A stretch of DNA of 64,000 nucleotides from Bacillota bacterium (GTDB taxonomy: Bacteria; Bacillota; Bacilli; Paenibacillales; Paenibacillaceae). The translations under genes were made by a program, and so were the position numbers. Within the stretch, counting starts at the first letter, position 1. Each line of letters starts with the position of its first letter. Where the stretch lies: positions 7,921-71,920 of the forward strand of contig JBNJJW010000023.1 of assembly GCA_051750645.1 (NCBI GenBank), written 5' to 3'. The notes under the pieces were generated by a model. The model was not told the origin of the DNA. It did no database searches and worked only from the letters and a program-made list of their open reading frames with translations. Of the stretch, positions 1 to 10,629 are shown piece by piece.

Positions 1-390
1 CCCAGGACAAGAAATAAGGCAGGTATACGCTCGTTTGAATCATCTTCACCAAGTACTTTTGCCTTAGCTCATTCAGCAGCAGCGCGAATACTAACGGAAC
101 GAGCAAATTGCCGGTGATTTTGCCAATAGCAATGATCACTGTATTCTTCAAGGCAACTCGAGAATCACTCAACTCGAACATGTATTGGAAATGCTCAAGA
201 CCGACAAATTCCGAACGCAGAAACCCGGCCCCCGGGTTGAAATCCTGAAATGCGATCACAATTCCAAACATCGGAACGATTTGAAATAAAATCAACCAAA
301 TGAAAGCCGGTACAAGCATAATCAAGTAATGCTTTACATCGGGATTCTTAAAACCCCTGCGCTTTACCCCCACATTTTCATTCTTCAAAT
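1..390 (-). CDS. Sugar ABC transporter permease (LplB-like), runs off the window edge
   Basis: Manual translation from GTG at 390 (GGAGG RBS): ...HYLIMLVPAFIWLILFQIVPMFGIVIAFQDFNPG...FVGLEHF...LLLNELRQK...YLPYFLSW, a typical carbohydrate ABC permease N-terminus. Confidence 0.9.
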
Positions 391-503
391 TAGTACTCAC
401 TAGCGGGAATCCCTCCACATTCTAAAATTCACAAAGTATTGCCTCGCTCCCGATAAAACTATTTTATATTTCATTTGTCGCCCCCTAGAGTATAATTCCG
501 CTC

Positions 504-532
504 GTATTCATGAATACTTGTGAATACGTATT
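504..532. promoter_or_regulatory. Candidate operator palindromes between the divergent permease and LacI genes
   Basis: Perfect palindromes GTATTCATGAATAC (504-517) and AATACGTATT (523-532); further GAATAC/GTATTC half-sites near 655-695. Confidence 0.45.
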
Positions 533-766
533 ATAATAATGGAAGCACTTACAACGAAAGCATAACACTTTGATTTACCAGCTGTCAATACTAATCTAAA
601 GGTTTGAGTTTGAATATCACTGGCAATAACAGGATTGATTTATTCACGATTCAGGAATACGATTTCTAAATTTAAAAAAGGTATTCTTGAATATTAAAAT
701 TTTTATTCAGAATATATTATTGCACTTGGTTTTATGATATAGTAACTCTGAAAGGAGTTCATCCCG

Positions 767-1762
767 ATGGCAAAGATGACAATGAAGGAAATAGCCAAAA
801 AGGCGAAAGTGTCCCAACCTACCGTATCCCGGGTCCTTAATGGCCATAAAGGAGTCAGCGAAGAAATCGTCAATACCGTTATGAAAGTGGTTGAAGAGGT
901 TGGTTATGTTCCCAATAAAGCGGCTCAAACGTTGAAAAGAAGCAGCACGAACATTATTGGCATAAGCACAAGGGAGATCGACAATCCTTATTTTGTGGAT
1001 ATCATTGATTCGCTTGAGCTTGAAGCGAGGAAGAGCGGGTACAATATTTTGTTTCACAACTCTAAATACAATCCGGTGACGGAATGGGAGAATATACAAA
1101 ACTTTGTTTCCCGGCAGGTGGATGGCATCATCATCGTGCCTTCAAGCGATTTTAACCTTGAGCGGATTTCAAAACTGGATATCCCCACCGTTGTGATAAC
1201 CAATAATAAAAAAATGCTCGACAGTGTCGGAATCAATCATCTTCAAGCAGGCAAATTGGCCGGCGAAAGCTTCATTCATTCAGGACACAAGACATTTGGA
1301 TACATTGGATCGATACGAGACGACGAAAAATTTTACGGTTTAGAAAGTGTTTTGCAAGAAAACGGCTTTACGTTTGACCCAAATAACTTCCTTCTTGTTG
1401 AATCTTCTAATGACAGCTTTATGATTCGCAGATATATCGAAAAATATTTGGATGAGTCGGAAAAGCTTGAATTTACATGTCTTTTCGCAGAAAATGACAT
1501 CATGGCCCTTGAGTTCATGAAAGCCGCGGAGAAAAGACAAATTCGAGTTCCCGAAGACGTTAGCATCATTGGTTTTGACGATACGTATCTGGCGAAAATC
1601 ATGGAGATTTCAAGCATTCATCAACCGATTGGGGAAATGGTAAAGACTAGTTTTGAAATACTCCTGAACCGTATCAATCAAGAGGTGCCCTCCAGTTTGG
1701 TAAATATTATGATGGAACCCTCCTTGATCGTAAGAAAAAGCTCCAAGTTTAGACGAAGATAA
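767..1762 (+). CDS. LacI-family transcriptional regulator
   Basis: N-terminal MKEIAKKAKVSQPTVSRVLN HTH, YVPNKAAQTL hinge, C-terminal VPEDVSIIGFDD sugar-binding fold. Confidence 0.95.
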   Translation: MAKMTMKEIAKKAKVSQPTVSRVLNGHKGVSEEIVNTVMKVVEEVGYVPNKAAQTLKRSSTNIIGISTREIDNPYFVDIIDSLELEARKSGYNILFHNSKYNPVTEWENIQNFVSRQVDGIIIVPSSDFNLERISKLDIPTVVITNNKKMLDSVGINHLQAGKLAGESFIHSGHKTFGYIGSIRDDEKFYGLESVLQENGFTFDPNNFLLVESSNDSFMIRRYIEKYLDESEKLEFTCLFAENDIMALEFMKAAEKRQIRVPEDVSIIGFDDTYLAKIMEISSIHQPIGEMVKTSFEILLNRINQEVPSSLVNIMMEPSLIVRKSSKFRRR

Positions 1763-2093
1763 TTTACCATGGGATTCTCAGAGTTTAAGAAGCGGTTGTA
1801 CCGGAAGTTATACCGGGACAACCGCTTTGTTTTTTTTGATCTATTGCCTGCACTGCATGGGACGCTCGAACCCATCACAAACCGAAAAATTGAAAAGGAA
1901 ATATTGAACAGCGTAAAATACTACAGTCAGGGGCTATAAGCTGTATTGAAAAAGGTTGCCCTGAGTATCAGGACAACCTTTGAAGTAAATTACAGTTACA
2001 CACTTTATTATTCAGTTACAAACTTCATTTATCAGTTACAATCAATATTTAACGCATTCACAAACCATGAAGACTTTAAAATAAGGCAGTACT

Positions 2094-2249
2094 TAATGTT
2101 GGATCGGCTATGGTTACATGTTCTTGTCCTAATACGGCTAAGGATATATGTTCTTGTCCTTGACTTTGGACAAGAACATATATCCTTAAAATAAAAAAGC
2201 CGCAATTTATGCGGATTCTTATGCATATATGTTCTTGTCCCCCGACAGT
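2094..2249. repeat. REP/REPIN-like element, copy A
   Basis: Several ATGTTCTTGTCC units; perfect 21-bp inverted repeat at 2139-2188; near-identical copy at 5263-5407, related copies at 2728-2880 and 33723-33795. Confidence 0.85.
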
Positions 2250-2264
2250 TATCGCCTCGCAGCT

Positions 2265-2560
2265 CGCCATTTCACCTTTAGGGTTTATAGGTCTGCTGGT
2301 TACGAAAAAAAACTTCGTGCGGGGGAGGGTCTCCCTAGTTCCAGACACAACTGTCTCTGCATGCCGTTCCCTATACACCGGAGGATTCTTCCGCGCTGCG
2401 GTTCCAAGTTCTTCGCGCGTTCCATGGCCTTCGCCGGGGCAGACGGGGCTCGGCTTCCTCTTGTCCCTTTCGGGTTTAGTTTCACGATGCGGTAGGATTC
2501 ATTTTCATTACGGCCTGCAGATTTGCTTCATCGCACAAGGTGCGACTTTTCACAGGGCTG
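2265..2560 (-). mobile_element. Group II intron RNA remnant (internal domain I to domain II/III), no ORF
   Basis: Homologous to 33025-33240 (shared AGCCCTGTGAAAAGTCG, GAATCCTACCGCATCGTGAAA, GCCGAGCC...GGCGAAG.CCATGGAAC); contains GGAACTAGGGAGACCC, typical of the domain I/II junction. Confidence 0.7.
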
Positions 2561-2727
2561 TGTATCGAAATGTGAACCTTCACAAAGCTAGAGAGTTATT
2601 GACTCTAAAGGATCTATCCGTTTGCGGACCATCGTCAGTCTAATACATTATTTTTTCTAGACACTACTTACTCATGAATATTACGGCAGCACGTTTGTTT
2701 TTGAAAGGATGACATTGTGCATCATTT

Positions 2728-2880
2728 CCCCGTCGGGAATGGGACTATGTTCTTGTCACTAGTCGGGAATGGGATCAAGTTCTTGACTTCCGACATTCTT
2801 AGAATTTACTGTCGGATGATTAAAATAAAAAAGCGCAATTTACGCGGATACTTACATATATTGTTCTTGTCCTCCGACAC
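2728..2880. repeat. REP/REPIN-like element, divergent copy B
   Basis: GTCGGGAATGGGA..GTTCTTG units, the same TAAAATAAAAAAGCGCAATTTA.GCGGAT spacer and terminal GTTCTTGTCCTCCGAC. Confidence 0.7.
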
Positions 2881-2906
2881 ATCACCCCTGTATATGAAAA
2901 AACAGC

Positions 2907-3138
2907 TCAAGCTATTGCTTGAAGCTGTTTAAGACGAAGACAGACCTTAATCACACTTGCAATCGACGATATTGCCTCGCAGACCGAGGCAGCGCGTATT
3001 GATCCATAAGCGACAAGATCGCTGCCCTTGTTCGCGAAACGGTTCCAAACGGTCGTCGATCTGCCGTCCTTCAGGAAAGCGCGTGCGAGTGTGCGAACCC
3101 AACATACCAAGTCCGATGACTGTCACCGAGTTATTCAT
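2907..3138 (-). pseudogene. NAD(P)-dependent oxidoreductase (6PGDH/imine-reductase-like) N-terminal fragment, frameshifted
   Basis: MNNSVTVIGLGMLG, then a frame change to LARAFLKDGRSTTVWNR; ends after about 75 codons. Confidence 0.8.
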
Positions 3139-3251
3139 ACCGCATTCTCCCCTCTTCTGATCTCTATCGGAAGTATGCGACATATTACGGCACATTGGAA
3201 GTACGCACTTTTTTGTGATATAGTCACTAAAAGTTCCTGAAAATGTCTCTC

Positions 3252-4130
3252 CTATTTTGTGTCTCCTGCGTAAAAGAGCAAATAATTTTCCGCCTGCCCG
3301 GACCAATATGCCGCGTCGTGTTCGCCGCCCGGGATATAATGGAATTGGTAATTTTTTAAATTCTGATTCTGCATGATTTCATTAAACCGCAACGCGCCGT
3401 CTTTCAACCAATCCGCATCCCCGATATCCACGTAAATATCCAACATATTCTGCCGCTCATGCATCGCAAGCCATGTCGGGTTATTTTGCCGCCTTTCCTC
3501 CTCCGTATCCCCCGCCATCTGCTTCAGCGGCTCCCACAAATTCTCGAACAATGCCGGAGCGTGCCCGCCAGCCTTGCTGTACAAGTGATGGTGCTTGAAC
3601 GCCGCAAGCAGCGCCGCATAACCGCCCATAGACGTTCCTCCGATGTACCGGCCGTTTCTCGATTTGTCGGTGGAATACTTGGAATCGATAAATTCGATCA
3701 AATCTTTAGTAATATAATCTTCATACCTGCCTACGTGCCAATAGTTGTCGACCATTCCGGCTTGATCCCCCGAATTCAACCCCCAACTGCGGTCATACTG
3801 AGGCGAAACGATAATCAAAGGCCGGATTTTCCCCAGACCGATCAACCGGTCGGCTTGTTCATCCAGCATGACTTGATCAAACCAGAAGTCTTCATCCTCA
3901 TTCAGCTTGTGCAAGACATAAAGTACCGGATATTTTTCGTTTTCGTTATATCCGGGCGGTAAAAATACGTTCACATTCATTTCTTTTTGCAAAGATTCGC
4001 TGAACAGGCTCGTCTTTACGATGACGGACGACGCCGGCGCATCTTCGCCGGAATCGGCGAAGACATTAACGCATATCATCGTCACTGCGAGCATTAAACC
4101 TAAAACCAAGAGCATGGACTTCCTTCTCAT
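3252..4130 (-). CDS. Secreted alpha/beta-hydrolase esterase (Fes/CE1-like)
   Basis: Signal peptide, VFLPPGY...KYPVLYVLH, GTSMGG nucleophile motif, GGEHD catalytic His. Confidence 0.9.
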   Translation of the reverse strand: MRRKSMLLVLGLMLAVTMICVNVFADSGEDAPASSVIVKTSLFSESLQKEMNVNVFLPPGYNENEKYPVLYVLHKLNEDEDFWFDQVMLDEQADRLIGLGKIRPLIIVSPQYDRSWGLNSGDQAGMVDNYWHVGRYEDYITKDLIEFIDSKYSTDKSRNGRYIGGTSMGGYAALLAAFKHHHLYSKAGGHAPALFENLWEPLKQMAGDTEEERRQNNPTWLAMHERQNMLDIYVDIGDADWLKDGALRFNEIMQNQNLKNYQFHYIPGGEHDAAYWSGQAENYLLFYAGDTK

Positions 4131-4301
4131 CTTTGTTCCTCCTTAACGAAATCTTGAATTCAGTGAGGTTCTCCCTCGTTTCATCCCAATTCTAGCTAAA
4201 TGCCGGCTCGCTAATAATAGACGATCTGCAACGATCAACTGACAATTGGAAATGCTTATCAAATTTGATAATATAGTTATTGATAATGGGAGAGGTGACA
4301 A

Positions 4302-5219
4302 GTGATGGAGGAGCTGGCCTTGGACTTGGCAACCGTCGGAGCGGTGGATTGGGGACAATTTTTTCATGAAATGAAATGTTTTCCGAATGAAGATTTCGCG
4401 GCCGATCGGGGGCTTCATACCCGCTACCGGTTATTACTTGTGACGGAAGGAACCGGCATACTGCAAATCGGGGCGACGCGGCATTCTATTATCACGCCGG
4501 CTTTTTATTGTATAAATGAACGGGATCCGTTGCAGCTGACTGCACACTCGGGAGTGAAAGCAAGTTCGATCTATTTCCACCCGAAGGTGATTAACTATAA
4601 GCTTTCATTACGGGAAAATTTGTTCGAAAACGAAGGACTTGCCGCTTCCGACATTCAGGATGCGTGGTTTCTTGAACCGTTCTTCAACCGGTCGGACGGA
4701 TATTACGGCTGTGTCCCTATCGATATTGCTTATGTTCACCATGTGCAGCGAACAATGGAAGAAATTCATCATATTCTCTCTACATGCTCCCCTAATTGGC
4801 CTTGCCAAAGCCGGTCCTATCTGCAGGAGCTGCTTTTCCTGATCCGAAGATTGTACCGGAGAAGCCGGGAAACGGCGCACCGCATTCCTCAAGCTCCTCC
4901 GGATATTGATGAAGTCATTCAATATTTGCACGTACACTACCGCAACAAAATCGGATTAGACGAGTTGGCCAAAAGGTTCCACACCAATCGCACAACGTTG
5001 AACCGCAAAGTAAGCTCCGTCACAGGCATGCCGGTCGTCGCCTATGTCAACAGTCTGCGAATCCAACTAGCCTCTTCCCTACTGCGCAACACCACTCTTA
5101 AGGTGACGGAAATTATGGACCGGGTCGGGTTTGCCGACGACGCTTATTTTATCCGGTTATTCCGAAAGCAAACCGGTTACACTCCGGCAGAGTATCGCAA
5201 ACAATTCAGTTGGCTGTAG
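4302..5219 (+). CDS. AraC-family transcriptional regulator
   Basis: C-terminal double HTH (LDELAKRFHTNRTTL...VGFADDAYFIRLFRKQTGYTPAEYR). Confidence 0.95.
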   Translation: MMEELALDLATVGAVDWGQFFHEMKCFPNEDFAADRGLHTRYRLLLVTEGTGILQIGATRHSIITPAFYCINERDPLQLTAHSGVKASSIYFHPKVINYKLSLRENLFENEGLAASDIQDAWFLEPFFNRSDGYYGCVPIDIAYVHHVQRTMEEIHHILSTCSPNWPCQSRSYLQELLFLIRRLYRRSRETAHRIPQAPPDIDEVIQYLHVHYRNKIGLDELAKRFHTNRTTLNRKVSSVTGMPVVAYVNSLRIQLASSLLRNTTLKVTEIMDRVGFADDAYFIRLFRKQTGYTPAEYRKQFSWL

Positions 5220-5262
5220 TTAGGGCCGGACGGCAGCGTCATCGTGAACCAGGCACGTAACT

Positions 5263-5407
5263 TCGGCTATGGGTATATGTTCTTGTCCTAATACGGCTAA
5301 GGATATAAGTTCTTGTCCTTGACTTTGGGCAAGAACTTATATCCTTAAATAAAAAATCCGCGATTTACGCGGATTCTTAAGCATATATGTTCTTGTCCCC
5401 CGACAGT
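5263..5407. repeat. REP/REPIN-like element, copy C
   Basis: Near-identical to 2104-2249 and in the same orientation. Confidence 0.85.
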
Positions 5408-5945
5408 ATGTTAACAGTCATATGTAGTCCATATCTCCTTTTAGATTAATGATAAACACTTGATCTGGTTATTCTTAACAAGAATATACCAAAACATGTG
5501 TTCTTATTCAATCATTATACAAAACGGACATTTTGTTGAAAGTTTTAAACCGAATGCCCTTTACCTTCAAATAAAAACGGCAGCTGTTCCTCTGATGATC
5601 TGCTGCCGTTTTATTGTGTTTCGTTTTACGCACTGATAGGAAGGCTTTATTCTTCATAGCACCTGATAATGCGGTGACAGCAGTAATCTGTTAATCTCAC
5701 TTCCTGCAGCTCTACGAAGTATTGGAGCAGGGAAGCGACAGATTCCGAAAGCGATATATCGCAATCAAAGGTCGTGATGGGGTAACTAGTTAATTGGTCA
5801 GTCGTAGAAAAAAAACCGTCCTCGCGGACGGTCATTTTAACGTAATCGTATGGCTGCTGTACGAATCGTGTGACTTGAACTTATTTTCAGATGAGGCCAC
5901 ACAATTATATTGGCCTACTGTAACCATCCGTTTGTTTTGTTACGA

Positions 5946-7589
5946 TTAGGGATTAACAAACTGCCACTGCAGATTGGTACTGGAATTGCTGCTCCACAAT
6001 TTCAAGTCGGAGCCATTTGTAGCATTGCCGCCGCCATCCAAATAAAGTCCGGTAGCAACATTTTTTATCCTGTAATTACTTCCGTAGGCTTCCAATACCC
6101 ACCGCTGGTTGTTGCTGGTACTGTTGCTCCACTGCCCGCAAATGGAGCCGTTTGTGGTAAGGCCCATACCGTCAAGATACAAACCTGTAGCGACATTCTT
6201 GATTTTATAGTAGCTTCCGTAAAATTCCATTACCCATTTCTGGTTGTCGCTGGTGCCGGCGCTCCATTGGCCTGCGTTGGAGCCGTTGGTCGTACGGCCT
6301 ATGCCGTCAATATACAGCCCTGTCGTCACGTTTTTCATTTTAGAAGTGTTCATGACACTCATGATCGCATCAATAATACCCTGCTGCGTTACGGCATAGG
6401 TAGAACGGTTAAACAATCCGAAACCATACTGGCCGTTGCCTCCGTTATCCCAAATAACCGGTACGGAACTGTATTTTCTGGCCGTCGAGGCTACTGCTTT
6501 CGCAAATGCCGCACGGTACGTATTATTCGCGGAATCAAAGGCCGTTTTATCGATGGAACCATATTCACCGATGACCACGGGATATCCTTGCGTTACGAAT
6601 TTATCGTACGTGGACTTCAACTGCGCATCCAAATAATCTTCCTGTCCCCAGGTTGATTTCTTCGAAGCGTTGGTAGCCGTTGCTCCCCATTGAGTGATGT
6701 TGCCGGATTCTTCGCCGGCGAAGTCCCAGGGCGAGTAATAATGAACGGAGATCATGATTCTCTTCTCGGAACTTGGAATCGTTGAGGATCTGTAATTGTC
6801 CGTAGGAAGCGCAAAACCAGTATAACCATTGTTGCCTGCCGTGTAATCAATGTTCGTATTCCAACCTGGAATCAACAGCCATCTTGCCGCATTGTTTCCG
6901 CCGGTTTGTCTCACGGTGTCCACAAAGATTTGATTCAACGTATTAATGTTTGAATAAATAGTGAGGTCAGGCTGTGCCCCACTATATGTCTTCCCATCGA
7001 ATACTTCGTTCATTGATTCGAAGATCAAATGCTCGTTATAATCGACGAATGTATTGGCAATCTGCTGCCAAACCTTTTTAAATTTGTCTCGAATCGTATT
7101 TTGATCGCTTGCATTCGGCAACAACCAATTATCTGACGGGGTATTGGGGGTTGTAGAGTGATAGCCATCATGGTGAATATTGATAATGACAAACAAGCCC
7201 TCGCTGTAAGCATAATCGACAACTTCTTTCACTCTGGCCAGATACGCAGAATCAATGGTATAATTCGGAGCAGAACCGATTTTTTTCATATACGTAACCG
7301 GGATCCGAATGGATTTAAACCCTGTTGCTTTTACCTTTTGAATTAACGCTTTTGTGATAACTGGATTACCCCAGGCTGTTTCGCTAGGAACACCATTAAC
7401 ATTAGCATCTAATGCGTTTCCTAAATTCCATCCTGCACCCATTTCAAAAACAACTTGTGAAGAATTCAATTGTGTAAAATCAGCTGTTTCTGCTGCTGAG
7501 ACTTCCGGACTCCAACAGGAAATGACAGTTGCAAAAACCAATACCATGGCTAACAAATAGACCGTGAATGACTTAAATTTTGACAGCAT
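5946..7589 (-). CDS. Secreted GH5 endoglucanase-like glycoside hydrolase with C-terminal ricin-type (CBM13-like) lectin domain
   Basis: Signal peptide, GWNLGNALD, FESMNE acid/base, VVIGEYG nucleophile, QxW ricin repeats (NQKW, NQRW, LQW). Confidence 0.92.
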   Translation of the reverse strand: MLSKFKSFTVYLLAMVLVFATVISCWSPEVSAAETADFTQLNSSQVVFEMGAGWNLGNALDANVNGVPSETAWGNPVITKALIQKVKATGFKSIRIPVTYMKKIGSAPNYTIDSAYLARVKEVVDYAYSEGLFVIINIHHDGYHSTTPNTPSDNWLLPNASDQNTIRDKFKKVWQQIANTFVDYNEHLIFESMNEVFDGKTYSGAQPDLTIYSNINTLNQIFVDTVRQTGGNNAARWLLIPGWNTNIDYTAGNNGYTGFALPTDNYRSSTIPSSEKRIMISVHYYSPWDFAGEESGNITQWGATATNASKKSTWGQEDYLDAQLKSTYDKFVTQGYPVVIGEYGSIDKTAFDSANNTYRAAFAKAVASTARKYSSVPVIWDNGGNGQYGFGLFNRSTYAVTQQGIIDAIMSVMNTSKMKNVTTGLYIDGIGRTTNGSNAGQWSAGTSDNQKWVMEFYGSYYKIKNVATGLYLDGMGLTTNGSICGQWSNSTSNNQRWVLEAYGSNYRIKNVATGLYLDGGGNATNGSDLKLWSSNSSTNLQWQFVNP

Positions 7590-7812
7590 GCCAAAAACCT
7601 CCGTCTCTTATTTTGCTTCATTATGAAATGAATTCAACGAAAGAACTTCCATCCGATAGCGACTCTATTAATTCCCCCCTTTCTATTTATATAGTCTCTT
7701 GGAATTTCCTCTAGAGACTGGAGTATGAATATCTACGGTGCATTTTGATTATATAAGAATAAATGCATATAATATCACCCCATAAATTGTTACAAAAATC
7801 ATATAAAAACCT

Positions 7813-7826
7813 TGAAAGCGCTTTCA
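7813..7826. promoter_or_regulatory. CcpA cre site upstream of the GH5 gene
   Basis: Perfect palindrome TGAAAGCGCTTTCA matching the cre consensus. Confidence 0.85.
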
Positions 7827-8211
7827 TAAAGAAGCTCCCTCTCTAAAAAGTTAAGGTTTCAAGATGCATATCGCCATGTACACCAAGGGTGAGAATCACA
7901 CTATAAACCATCCCACTCCACCGGTTACTTCAATGGCCATTAACTGGTCGCCGCGGCATCTGCCATATATATACGAACTAATATCATAGATTCGTCAACG
8001 AAACTTGTAAATTGATATTATATAGTATTTTGTACAGATGTCTATAGATCGGCTTAAGCCCTTGTTACACGTGCATTTTTTTATGGATTGACCTGCATTT
8101 CTACTCCCAGCGGGCGATGTTGTTCATAACGACCTGAATGGCAACACTATTCCTCACTGCCTAAGTAAATCACGCATACAATGATGATTATTATCGAGGA
8201 AGGAAAATACC

Positions 8212-8454
8212 ATGAATAACGATAAAAAGATTTTAAAGGAAATTGAAATCGCTAGGTTGGAGTTCATCGGACTATCCCTTGCCACTCTAGGAGATGGGAT
8301 AACAGCTCTTGCTGCTGGGCTTACTTTAGAATCATTAGAAAATGAATACAGAGCCCAATACCAAGGGCGACAATCAGTGCAGGTAGAAACTACACAAAAA
8401 CAACTTGATTATTTCATCAATGAATTAATTCAAATTAAAAAATATATTAGATGA
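8212..8454 (+). CDS. Small hypothetical protein
   Basis: GAGGAAGG RBS; 80-aa ORF with a short hydrophobic helix. Confidence 0.7.
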   Translation: MNNDKKILKEIEIARLEFIGLSLATLGDGITALAAGLTLESLENEYRAQYQGRQSVQVETTQKQLDYFINELIQIKKYIR

Positions 8455-9002
8455 TCGCGGACCACTTTTTGACCACCTCTTTTTCTTCAATTATTGTCGT
8501 GAATTGAGGCTGCGAAGAACATGCGTTCAGAAAAAACAAACCAAAAAGTAACAAGAAAATTATTTTTTTTCATTTCATAACTGCTCCCTTCGTTTATTTT
8601 ACGCATGTCGTGATTATTGATGAACAAATCTTACTCAATCAGAATGGTTTCAAGTGACTTTGTAGACGTGCTTTGAAAAGTAAAAGTTACAATGAAGGTA
8701 ATGTAATTAAAGAAAAAACAAACGAAGCTGCAACCCGCCGGCATTTCGTTAGTTTTGGCTTGCCCTTCTTTCTTTGCGCCCGAGTCTGACGACCCTCGGC
8801 CATTTCCCTACAAAGTTCATTCGAGCAATTGAGCTTTAGAGATCTTCGGTTTCAAGGAGGCCAGAAACGTTAAAGCGGCGATGCCAGGACCACCACCGCC
8901 GCTTCGAAACGTTTCTGATTGCACTTCTCGGGCTTATCGTGCAAATCATTCAAATTGGACGAGCAAGAATCACGGGCATATGCTTGTTGAAATAATGGAG
9001 GT

Positions 9003-9209
9003 ATGATGACGATACGTTCAAGCTTATTACAGGCCAAGCTTTCTTGGCATCTCGTCACGATCCAAACGGACGACGGGGATCAGTTGACGGGGATGGTCGA
9101 GGATATTACGCAGTGGACGGTCAAACTGCGGCAGATAGACAGGATCATGTTTGTGCCGGTCTTCGTTATCGTGAGTGCATCCATGTTGCCGCAGCTGGGC
9201 GATGGTTGA
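9003..9209 (+). CDS. Small hypothetical protein (possibly sporulation-related)
   Basis: GGAGG RBS; 68 aa; function is a guess. Confidence 0.5.
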   Translation: MMTIRSSLLQAKLSWHLVTIQTDDGDQLTGMVEDITQWTVKLRQIDRIMFVPVFVIVSASMLPQLGDG

Positions 9210-9384
9210 ATGATATGCCACCATCATCCTTCTACCGACCGTGGAGATCTAACCTTAGAGTGGCGGGGCTGAAATGAACTTGGCTGTTAACTGACTACCG
9301 GCATGCAGGAGTCTGTTCCCTTCCCTTAATGCTCCAAGAAATACATGTATATTTCTTTATCAAGAAACCGTTTGAAAGAAACGC

Positions 9385-9960
9385 TCAGTCATGCCGGAGG
9401 AATTCGAGTACACGTTGTAACAGCAACGCCGTCGCGTCAGCGTCATACGACGGCAAACTGCTGTCTGCGAAGTAGTGTTGATCGCCTGGGTACAAAAAGA
9501 GATCAGCATGATTGGCCGACGCAACGAGCTCACGTGCCGCCTCAATGTCGCCCTCTTCAACGAAATAGGGATCAGCGTCCATGCCGTGAATCTGCACCGG
9601 CAGATCCGCTGGCCAGGGAGATCCAAACATCGAGGTCAGAACGCAGGAGTAAAAGAACAACGCGCCACGGGCACCTTCACGGGTCTGGGCGAGCTTCTGG
9701 GCTGCCGGTACACCTAGCGAAAACCCCGCATAGACGATCTCACGTGGAAGCTCACTCGCCACACGTGTACCGCGCTCCATTATCTCTTCGAACCCAATTT
9801 CCTTGACATAGGCCATGCCGTCCTCAATAGTGGTAAACAAGTGACCGTCGAAAAGGTCAGGAACGTGTACAGTATGACCCGCTCCTCTAAGCTCGTCGGC
9901 GAATGTGTAAATACCTTTTGTCAGTCCCAGTGCGTGGTGGAATAAAAGAACCTCGGCCAT
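9385..9960 (-). CDS. Dienelactone hydrolase family protein
   Basis: MAEVLLFHHALG start after a GGGAGG RBS; GFSLG nucleophile; YPGDQHYF. Confidence 0.9.
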   Translation of the reverse strand: MAEVLLFHHALGLTKGIYTFADELRGAGHTVHVPDLFDGHLFTTIEDGMAYVKEIGFEEIMERGTRVASELPREIVYAGFSLGVPAAQKLAQTREGARGALFFYSCVLTSMFGSPWPADLPVQIHGMDADPYFVEEGDIEAARELVASANHADLFLYPGDQHYFADSSLPSYDADATALLLQRVLEFLRHD

Positions 9961-10032
9961 TTCTCTTCTCCTCCCATGTGCAACATTATGAAAATTGCGT
10001 CTCTTACTCATCATAGATTTCGCCCAATTACT

Positions 10033-10123
10033 GTCGTTATCCTGCCCGTTAGCGTGGAAAAGGCAGCCGTTCGGGTCGGCTGCCTCAGTGTCTTTATTAA
10101 GCTATCATACCTGGTTAATTGAA
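10033..10123. repeat. Paired recombination-like sites flanking a terminator-like hairpin
   Basis: GTTATCCTGCCCGTTAGCG - AGGCAGCCG..CGGCTGCCT - TTAAGCTATCATACCTGGTTAATTGAA; 28 bp identical to the 60943 element. Confidence 0.8.
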
Positions 10124-10132
10124 TAATGCAGC

Positions 10133-10606
10133 TTACAACTTAAATGTCCAAAACTCACGGTCTTCCAGTACTAGGTCATAAGGTGTTTTTATGTCCATCC
10201 AGCGAATGTTTCGTTTTTTTGAAATTGCTAACTCTTCTTCACCACTTAAACATGTAAGATACTCTACAATACCACTAGTTTGAATGGCTTCTTCAAGATA
10301 AGTGTACAGTATATTTAAACACTTCTCTTCTGTCGCATTTCCCTTTATTCGATATTTCAATGGGATAGCATTCGAATACGCTGCAACTTGATATTGTAAT
10401 GTGAAGTGTGGACTATACGAAGACTTTCTTTTCAATTTGTTATCATAATTATTTTCAAAATATAATTCTGTAGCATCCAGTTCAGTTTTAAAAACATTTG
10501 GTTTCTCAGGAGACAAGGGATTTAACCCGAACGAACCTTTAGGCAATTTTACTGGTGAAGCAATATAAATATATTGAGTCAAGAAAATCCCCCCTCTGTA
10601 ATGCAC
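10133..10606 (-). CDS. Hypothetical protein bracketed by paired-site elements
   Basis: AT-rich 157-aa ORF with GGGGGA RBS; repeat elements at 10033-10123 and 10630-10720. Confidence 0.75.
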   Translation of the reverse strand: MHYRGGIFLTQYIYIASPVKLPKGSFGLNPLSPEKPNVFKTELDATELYFENNYDNKLKRKSSYSPHFTLQYQVAAYSNAIPLKYRIKGNATEEKCLNILYTYLEEAIQTSGIVEYLTCLSGEEELAISKKRNIRWMDIKTPYDLVLEDREFWTFKL

Positions 10607-10629
10607 GCCTTACTTCCCATTAACCTTTG

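Noticed and set aside
2094-2249. GTTCTTGTCC units as a CRISPR array
   Set aside because: Units are in mixed orientation with conserved, not unique, spacers; only 3-4 units; no cas genes
1946-2643. Overlapping short ORFs with GQEH-like repeats
   Set aside because: Translations of the REP elements and the intron remnant
10033-10123. Canonical integron attC sites
   Set aside because: No RYYYAAC...GTTRRRY box pairing across a long palindrome, and no intI in the window; treated as a distinct site family
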